A stretch of 6,470 nucleotides of DNA. Source: Paraspadella gotoi (lineage: Eukaryota; Animalia; Chaetognatha). A model generated the notes under the pieces. The model searched no databases, was not told the DNA's origin, and saw only the letters and a program-made list of their open reading frames with translations. Position 1 is the stretch's first letter. Each line of letters starts with the position of its first letter. The stretch is from positions 1 to 6,470 of the forward strand of contig JBJCIZ010000853.1 in assembly GCA_051294375.1 (NCBI GenBank). The letters are read 5' to 3'. Below are positions 1 through 6,470 of this stretch, piece after piece. The position numbers and the translations under genes are program-made.

Positions 1-256
1 TCTTCCTCGATTTCTAAGAACGACGTAGACTCCTAAAAGGCTCGGCTGTGGTAAGCGGATGTTTCTTTCGCTTCCCATTACTTGGGTTTCTGGTTGCTAT
101 GGAAACAAGTTCGTCTTACGCGGTAATTGAGAAGGGCATCGCTTCACAGTAACGAAAACCATCGAGATTGAGTGAGAATCACTAAAAATTACGTTCTACA
201 TCACTTGTCGACATGACTTGTCTCTTTTAATTTCTCAATTACCTTAAGACATTGCC

Positions 257-276
257 CTGTCTGTCTGTCTGTCTGT
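257..276 (+). repeat. (CTGT)5 microsatellite
   Basis: Five perfect CTGT units directly before the well-aligned part of the left arm. Confidence 0.9.
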
Positions 277-585
277 CACACCACTTTTTCTTCTTCGTTC
301 TTCTTCTTTTACTTCTTTTCTCTTCGTTCTTCTTCCTCCTCCAATTTAATTTTTTCGTCTCCCTTCCTTCGTTCTTCTTCTTTTATATTTTCTTCTCTCC
401 CTTCCACAACAACAGGATGACCCAAGATTTTTGTTTTTTGTCCCAAGTGAATTAGCAAAACCCGCCAATTACTCTGCCGCCAGCAGAAAGGATTAACACC
501 CATACCAAGCGCCGCTGCTTAGAAGCACACGCGCGGATCGTAGCAGACGAGCAGCCATACGAGAAGATATGACGAGAGAGCAGAT

Positions 586-599
586 GAGAGAGAGAGAGA
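586..599 (+). repeat. (GA)7 microsatellite within the left arm
   Basis: GAGAGAGAGAGAGA; mirrored by (CT)9 at 2235-2252. Confidence 0.85.
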
Positions 600-987
600 C
601 GGAAGACGAGGCGTTTTTCCCGGGGCGTGGCCTAGGCGCGTCAGCGGTAAGACGCCAAGCTTGGAACTGTGCAAAAACCGCTCAAATCTGATTTCAACTT
701 GTAATTTTTCACCAACTAGATTTTAGGAAAAGCAGCTGACTTGAAAAAGCGACTTTCCCTTATTGTTCGTCCATAACTAACCGAGTTATTATGGTTTGTT
801 TATTCCTCCGCGGTGGAAAATGACAGGAGCTCGGGTTTGGCATCAATATCCAAGTTTGTTCGCCGCGCCTTTCCCTTCACACCAAAAGCGACAACAACAA
901 CAAACACCAGTCAGGGCCAACTCTCGCAGTCCTCAACAACGGCACACCGCTGTACATTCGGATCGAACCCGAGACCTTCTTCGTCAT

Positions 988-1009
988 CGACGCGAGGATC
1001 CTCGCGTCG
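988..1009. repeat. Perfect 22 bp palindrome CGACGCGAGGA|TCCTCGCGTCG
   Basis: The two 11-bp halves are exact reverse complements, centred on GGATCC (996-1001). The core GAGGATCCTC recurs in the right arm at 1828-1837. Confidence 0.9.
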
Positions 1010-1184
1010 GTGAAAACAGAGCGCAAAACCAAGGAGGGGCGCCGAAACAACTGGCAGACGGAAACAGACAGTCGGAGAAAAGCAACAACGCATAACGACA
1101 AACAACAACTTCGATGACTTCTCAAACGCGAAATCTCCAACGAAAAAAGATTTGCTGTATGTGCCTCCCTTCGTGGTGAGCGTG

Positions 1185-1460
1185 AACGAACGAAACATCA
1201 TCCCACGAACAAACCGAAAACACAACCACAGACCAGAACCGAACGAACGACAAAACGATACGATGCACCGACACGACAACGAACAAGCACGAACTTTCAA
1301 CGAGACCGACACACGCATCACACGAACGCACACGACCACTACGACGACGAACGAACGAACGAAACGAACGAACAACGACACGACACGAAACGAACCAACG
1401 AACGACAATCACAAACAAACCGAACAACACGAACCACGAATACAACGAAACCACGAAAAC
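1185..1460 (+). repeat. T-depleted low-complexity tract of degenerate ACGA/AAC units
   Basis: About 11 T in 276 bp by hand count; runs such as ACGACGACGAACGAACGAACGAAACGAACG at 1341-1370. Confidence 0.9.
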
Positions 1461-1620
1461 CTAGATCCACTCCGAGGAATTCGGCGAGACAGCGCACAGG
1501 CCGCGCTCGCTGCCGCCGGAGATGCGCACGGGTGTCTCGGGCCACGCCCGATCCGGCCAAGCTTTCAAGATTCGTTCTTCGTCGTCAAATACGATAATCT
1601 AATCAAGTATAAGATATCGA

Positions 1621-2560
1621 TACACTACACCCGCTCCAAGGAACAACAGACACATCTTCTTTCTTACGTTGTAGTGCGACTGGCACCACTTTCTGCAACG
1701 CGCCACAGTTGGACAAGCTCACTCGATACCTCCTAGTGTTGTCGTTATCGTTGCTTTTCTCGGACGGCTGTTTCGTCTCCCGTGTTTTTCGCCCCACTCC
1801 TTGTTGTGGCCTCTGTTTTCACACGGCGAGGATCCTCCGTCCGATGAACGAAGAAAGGTCTCGCCGCGTTCGATTCCCGAATTGAGTACACGGGTGCCAG
1901 GTTGCTTGAGAACTGTGAAGAAGGTTTGGCCCCCTGATGGGTGTTTAGTTGTTGCTTGTCGACTTTTGTTGCAAGGGAAGGCGATGTGCGAAAAACTTGC
2001 GAATTTGCATCTAAACCCGAACTCCTGTCATTTTCCACCGCGTGGAAATAAAACAAACATAATAACTGTCGCTCTAGGTTAATGGACAGATAGCAGATGA
2101 TAAATCGTTTTTCGCAAGTCCAAACTGGCTTTTCTAAAATTCATTGCGCTGAAAAACTTAACAGTTGAAAACATCAATTTTGCACTATTGTATCAGCAGT
2201 TCCAACGCCGTCTTCGGCCGCCCCCCTGACCCTCCTCTCTCTCTCTCTCTCTTTTCTCTCTAAATCTCTCTAGATCTCTCACGTCTCTACGAGATGCCCC
2301 GTTGCTCTAAGCAGCGACGCTTGTATGCGGTTACATCCTATTCTGCGCGCAGAGTAATTGTTGCGGTTTTCTATGTCGACCTTTGACAAAAAAGAAAAAA
2401 TCTGGGTGCGAATCCTGTGTTTTGGAAGGAGAGAAGAGAAAATATAAAAGAAGAAGACGACAAGAAGGAGACGAAAAAAATAAATGTTGAGGTAGCTGAA
2501 GCAGAGGAACGGAAGAAAGAAAAGAAGTAAAAGATAAGAAAGAAGAAAAGAAAAAAGGTG
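1621..2560 (-). repeat. Right arm of the degenerate inverted repeat (partner 278-1184)
   Basis: Same anchors as the left arm. The ORF track also shows the peptide ENDRSSGL on + (813..1013) and on - (1745..2056). The purine tract 2425-2558 mirrors the pyrimidine tract 283-405. Confidence 0.95.
2235..2252 (+). repeat. (CT)9 microsatellite within the right arm
   Basis: Perfect CT run followed by degenerate CTCTC units to about 2288. Confidence 0.85.
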
Positions 2561-2780
2561 CCGTTTTGGTTATTGTTTTTTTTTTTGTGCCGATGACGAC
2601 AACTCGATTTTCGGGCATCTAATGTCTTCGCCCTCTGCAACCATGCCGCCCCATGGAAACCCATTACGGATCCCATGGGGCGCCGGCGACAGGTGAACGA
2701 TGATGCACCTCTCAGTTCACGCTCCTAAAATCTCCCGTACCTTCATTGTCCTAACTAAACGCCGTTGTCCACCAGACGGT

Positions 2781-3035
2781 GAATCTCTATTAAGAGTTTA
2801 GATTATATGAAATTGCTTAGAAGTTTTCTAAATATAGATTTAATGATATCTAAAATTGCTGTTATGAATCTCTAAATGAATGATTTTCATACTTATATAA
2901 GTTGCTTAGAATCTCTAACTAAGATCCTTTAATTTATATGCATTGCCTCGTAGCAATCTTCAATAAATTAATTATATGCATTGCCTTAGAATTTCTATAA
3001 GATATTAATTCATAATCAATGCCCTAAGAATCTCT
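2781..3035 (+). repeat. AT-rich degenerate minisatellite, about 6 copies plus a partial copy, period 36-46 bp
   Basis: Units start at 2781, 2820, 2866, 2909, 2953, 2989 and 3028. Approximate consensus by eye: GAATCTCTATAAGATTTTAATTATATGCATTGCTTA. GAATCTCT is exact at 2781, 2866, 2909 and 3028. Confidence 0.85.
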
Positions 3036-3099
3036 TCAAAAATCGCTCTCTCACTCTCTCAAATTTCAAATTTCGCTTCACTGCGTACATTCTTTTTTT

Positions 3100-3720
3100 C
3101 ATTCTTGCAAATTAAATGCTTATATGAAACTAACCAAAGGATAGATAAAAGCCAAGATAGCTTTTTTATTAAATGAATGGCTGATAAGTTTTTATATTGC
3201 GTTGTATCAACATTCATATCCTATTTTATTAATATTTCATTAGTTATTTTATTATTATTTCACTCTTTAAAACGAACAAACGAAGAAGCAAATGAAATAA
3301 GACAAAAATGGAATTTAAAAAGAATAATAATAAAAATCAAGATAACATAATATAATAATAAATTAAAACATATAAGGCCTAAGCCTTAAACTGATCCTTC
3401 AATCAGGGATATATTTCTTTAAAAAACTGAAACAACAGAAAGTCATCTAACATCAATCAATAAAATCTTTGATCAATCATCCAATCATAATATATTCAAT
3501 CAACAAATTTCAATCTATTCATACATTAAGTTTAATGTGGAGATCGGTTCATGTCCACAAACTAAAAACAGAAAACACAAGTGTTCAAGAAATCAACAAC
3601 TAAAAACTTAATCGAAGTGAACAAAGGAAGCACGAAAGAAAAAAGAAAGCGAGAGACAGAAAGTAGAAAGAAAAAATAAAATAATGAATATTGAGCAATT
3701 CGAATTGTTGGTTTTTTCTT
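3100..3720. other. Very AT-rich non-coding block, A-skewed on + from about 3270
   Basis: Dense A/T runs and stop codons, e.g. AATAATAATAAAAATCAAGATAACATAATATAATAATA at about 3323-3360; no credible ORF. Confidence 0.7.
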
Positions 3721-4391
3721 TACTCTTTTTGCTATATTTTACTTCAATGCTATGACGGCAAAGAAAAAGTTTTGGTATGCAAGATTTATCTACGTGTGCA
3801 ATTATCTGATTAGTTAAATCTACTTCACAGATAGATTCATCAGATAATTTGCGCTCAAACAAATTTCTCACGTTTAGGGACACCCAATCCTAAAAGGTGG
3901 TGACCCATATCTAGTCTGGCGAGTAATAAGCGAGAGATAAAGAATGCTATCGTTGGGAGCTAAGCAGGAGAAAGTATAAGAAACAGTACCATTTTCAATA
4001 CTTAGTGATTGAACATAGATCGTAATATTTCGCTTAAATTTAAGTAAATATATATGGCAAAATGTACAGCGCGTGATGTCTTGGGAACGTAAGTCGTCGT
4101 CTTAAGCTTAACTTTTAGACTTAATTAAACTGCGGTGTGTAAGCCGAAAATCGCTAAATAATAACGATAGACACGGTTACATCTGGTGAACTCAGTGCTA
4201 TGCGAAACTATGTGCAAGGTCGGTTTCCTGCACATCCGTTACGAGTCCTGGTGTCCGTTTGCTCCTGTCCTGTTCTGGATTCTTATGTCTGGATTAACGG
4301 GCCGTATACGCCTTCACCAGTAGGAACGAATGTCATCCGTGTAGTGAAGCTGCCACATTACCCTCTACTCACCATCTATGTCCGCCGCTTG

Positions 4392-4680
4392 TCTCTTTTT
4401 TTTCTCTTACTCATCGCCTTGTCAGTTGGGTCCCTCTTTTTTCTGTGGCTCTTTTCCTTCCTTTCCTTTGTAACTTTCCTACTTTCTTCCCTTATTCTTT
4501 CTCTCCTTTCTACCTTCGTTCTTTCTTTTCTTCTTTTTCCTTCCCTGTACTCTATCACTATATCAATTGCTTCCTTGTCTTTTCTGTCTTTTCTTTCTTC
4601 TTTCTATTTCTTTCTATTCTTTCTTTTTCCTTCTTTCTTTTCTTTTTCTTTCGTTCTTCCTTTTCTCTCTATTCTTCTTT
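4392..4680 (+). repeat. Polypyrimidine (CTTT/CTT-like) low-complexity tract abutting the gap
   Basis: About 290 bp dominated by T and C on +; similar tracts at about 4845-4950 and 5127-5219. Confidence 0.9.
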
Positions 4681-4705
4681 NNNNNNNNNNNNNNNNNNNN
4701 NNNNN
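4681..4705. other. Assembly gap, exactly 25 N
   Basis: 25 consecutive n characters. Confidence 0.99.
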
Positions 4706-4720
4706 TATCCTCAATATATA

Positions 4721-4736
4721 TCTCTCTCTCTCTCTC
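4721..4736 (+). repeat. (TC)8 microsatellite
   Basis: Perfect TC run preceded by a short (AT)n, 15 bp after the gap. Confidence 0.85.
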
Positions 4737-5329
4737 GTCTTTCAAACTTCGGCGACGTGAAAAAGTAAATTTCCATTCTGTTTTCGCGGAATGCAAATTT
4801 AATCTTCTGTGAACCAGTTTGTGAATTGCGCGTCTCAGCTGCTAATCTCTCCCATTTTTTCCCTTTTTTTCTTTCTTTTCCTTACCTTTTCTTTCCTTCT
4901 TTCTTTTTTTTTTTAATTTTCCCTTTCAAATGCCTCAATTTCTTCTCTCCCGATACAAAAACTTTTACATATTTAAACATCTTCGCTTATGAAATAACCT
5001 CGCGACAATCGTCGCCGCCACCGAAAAAAATTTTTATTATTTTTTTTTTATCGTGAATTTTATTTATTTTTCGGAAACAAATTTGGGTCGTTGGGTGAAC
5101 GCAATAAATTCTCCCTTCACATCCGACATTTTTTTCCTTTTTTTTCTCTCTTTCTTTCTTTTTTATTGTTTCGTCGATTTTTTTTACTCCCTTTTGTTTC
5201 AGCGGTTTTTCCTCTCTTATAAGATAAGACTACATACGAGAAGATTGAATAGAGATGACTTGACTAGGATTGTCGTCGCTTTCGTGGAGTCTTGTCTTAG
5301 CAGAGATACATGTGTGTTCTGACAGAACG

Positions 5330-5343
5330 CTCTCTCTCTCTCT
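5330..5343 (+). repeat. (CT)7 microsatellite
   Basis: Perfect CT run followed by GTGTG. Confidence 0.8.
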
Positions 5344-6390
5344 GTGTGCTTCCGAGTACTGTTTTGCGGTCAGTTCGGAGTGTTGTTTATTCAGGAGCGC
5401 GGTTCGGATATGTCGTCATGTAGACTGGAATAGTCGTTATTGCACGAACTTGCGTCTCGGTATTATGCGAGAGAAGAGTAGCGCGAGGTTAGTGAGACAA
5501 TGACAGCTCTTCTCATATTGAGTCCACCGTAATCATAACATGGTCGACGATAACATACCATCCTCTAACCATGTAGCTGAGACATAAGATGCAGCAGACG
5601 AGACGTCGTAGTCGAATCTGGCATAAAGGGACAGGTAGCATAGTTGCAGTGTGAGTCATCGCACGCTTAGAAGAGGAATACTCGGACAATCAACCCGGGA
5701 CGAATCGTAGTCTAGCATCGATAGTAGACGTGATAATTGTTAAATATGAATTAGTTTAAATAACAGGAGGAATAGTTTATATAAAGAAACGATCTATGTT
5801 CCTGCGATCAATTAGTTATAATACAGGTGTGCTGTAAGATCTACGTGGGTAAGTACCGACGCTTGAATAATATTATAGGACATTTGAAATATAGATGAGA
5901 AGCAATAATAAATAATTTTAATAAAAATATATATCTCATATATATTTTAACTTTAAATAAAAAATGTAGCAACAATGATAAATCCTCAGAATTCTTGTTG
6001 AACTTTTCAGGAATAAAAGCAAGTTTGATCAGCAAATAATCTGACGGGATCTGCTAGTGAGCGCGTAGCATGGTAGGTATGTGGTGCATACTGATCTGTG
6101 ATGGTGTTAAAGCGGCTAATTAAGCTAATATGGCCTTTTAATTTTAGTTGATCTGCTTATGAGCAGATTCATAACGACTAATTGCGTAACATAAAACAAA
6201 TTCATAACAAGACTGTTCTAATAAATATATTTGAAATAATGCGGTTTCCGGCTCACAAGCGAAACTAAAGAATAGAAAAAAGAGAAGTGAAAAAACTGTT
6301 TTACATATATAGATAAATAATTAGTCGAATCTCATATAAATTTACTAAATAATAACATATCGGCAAAGTGATGAGCCTGTGTTAAAAATA

Positions 6391-6462
6391 GAAAGGAGAG
6401 AGGAAGGAGAGTGAGAGAGAGAGAGAGGGAGAGAGAAGAGATAGAGGAGAGGAGAGAGAGAG
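6391..6462 (+). repeat. Imperfect (GA)n polypurine tract
   Basis: About 72 bp almost entirely G and A, interrupted by only two T. Confidence 0.9.
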
Positions 6463-6470
6463 TTAGAGCG

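Larger units (their letters stand above)
278..1184 (+). repeat. Left arm of a ~0.9 kb degenerate inverted repeat (partner 1621-2560)
   Basis: Exact reverse-complement anchors read from the sequence, all near one anti-diagonal (coordinate sums 2826-2851): 373-393/2437-2457 (21 bp), 466-477/2349-2360 (12 bp), 513-523/2306-2316 (11 bp), 809-829/2022-2042 (21 bp, CGCGGTGGAAAATGACAGGAG; 30 bp with one mismatch), 1010-1021/1811-1822 (12 bp), 1075-1086/1750-1761 (12 bp). Ends are approximate; the inner ~80 bp is more weakly similar. Confidence 0.95.

Noticed and set aside
1477-1621. EcoRI (1477), HindIII (1559), EcoRV (1613) and ClaI (1616) sites suggesting a vector polylinker
   Set aside because: Sites are spread over about 145 bp rather than adjacent, and no vector backbone is recognisable.
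1152-1736. 194-aa ORF, the longest in the window, and the overlapping minus-strand ORFs 911..1408 and 1122..1454
   Set aside because: Open because the T-free tract can hardly encode stops; the products are T/N/E/R-rich or V/F/S/R-rich low-complexity strings with no recognisable domain, and the plus-strand ORF starts at TTG.
813-2056. Apparent paralogous peptide pair sharing ENDRSSGL on opposite strands
   Set aside because: A by-product of the DNA inverted repeat; indels break the frame similarity repeatedly and there is no sign of coding constraint.
2245-2256. CTCTCTCTTTTC resembling the start of the PacBio SMRTbell adapter
   Set aside because: It is the end of a (CT)n run mirrored in the other arm, lies far from the symmetry axis, and the rest of the adapter is missing. 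I saw no intact adapter at the axis either.
257-2586. Autonomous DNA transposon or MITE with terminal inverted repeats
   Set aside because: No transposase, no sharp termini and no target-site duplication: the flanks are (CTGT)5 on the left and a T-rich stretch ending in T11 on the right.
2781-3035. Possible CRISPR array
   Set aside because: The segments between the conserved motifs are homologous to each other rather than unique spacers, the period is too short, the repeats are degenerate, and no cas genes are present.
31-3897. Shared 10-mer TCCTAAAAGG at 31-40 and 3888-3897
   Set aside because: No extension on either side; 10-mer repeats are expected by chance in 6.5 kb.
4200-4812. Hydrophobic F/L/S-rich ORFs resembling membrane proteins
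   Set aside because: Direct translation of the polypyrimidine tract; they run through the N gap and several frames are open at once.
5316-5328. Short interrupted palindrome GTTCTG-A-CAGAAC
   Set aside because: 6-bp arms are expected by chance in a window of this size.

Overview
Non-coding, eukaryote-like DNA (microsatellites, long purine/pyrimidine tracts, AT-rich blocks, frequent CpG; insect-like by inference only). I found no credible protein-coding gene, RNA gene, transposase or CRISPR array; the long ORFs are explained by low-complexity composition. The dominant structure is a large degenerate inverted repeat (arms about 278-1184 and 1621-2560, symmetry axis near 1415-1425) around a ~435 bp spacer, most of which is an almost T-free ACGA/AAC tract. 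Weak on-diagonal matches suggest the palindrome runs out to the window start. An AT-rich ~41 bp minisatellite follows (2781-3035), and there is a 25-N gap at 4681-4705. The arms differ largely by scattered 1-3 bp indels. Together with the 25-N gap, this makes an uncorrected long-read fold-back used in gap filling the most likely explanation. A real foldback element or hairpin-RNA locus is the less likely alternative. I cannot support a novel biological system from this sequence alone.
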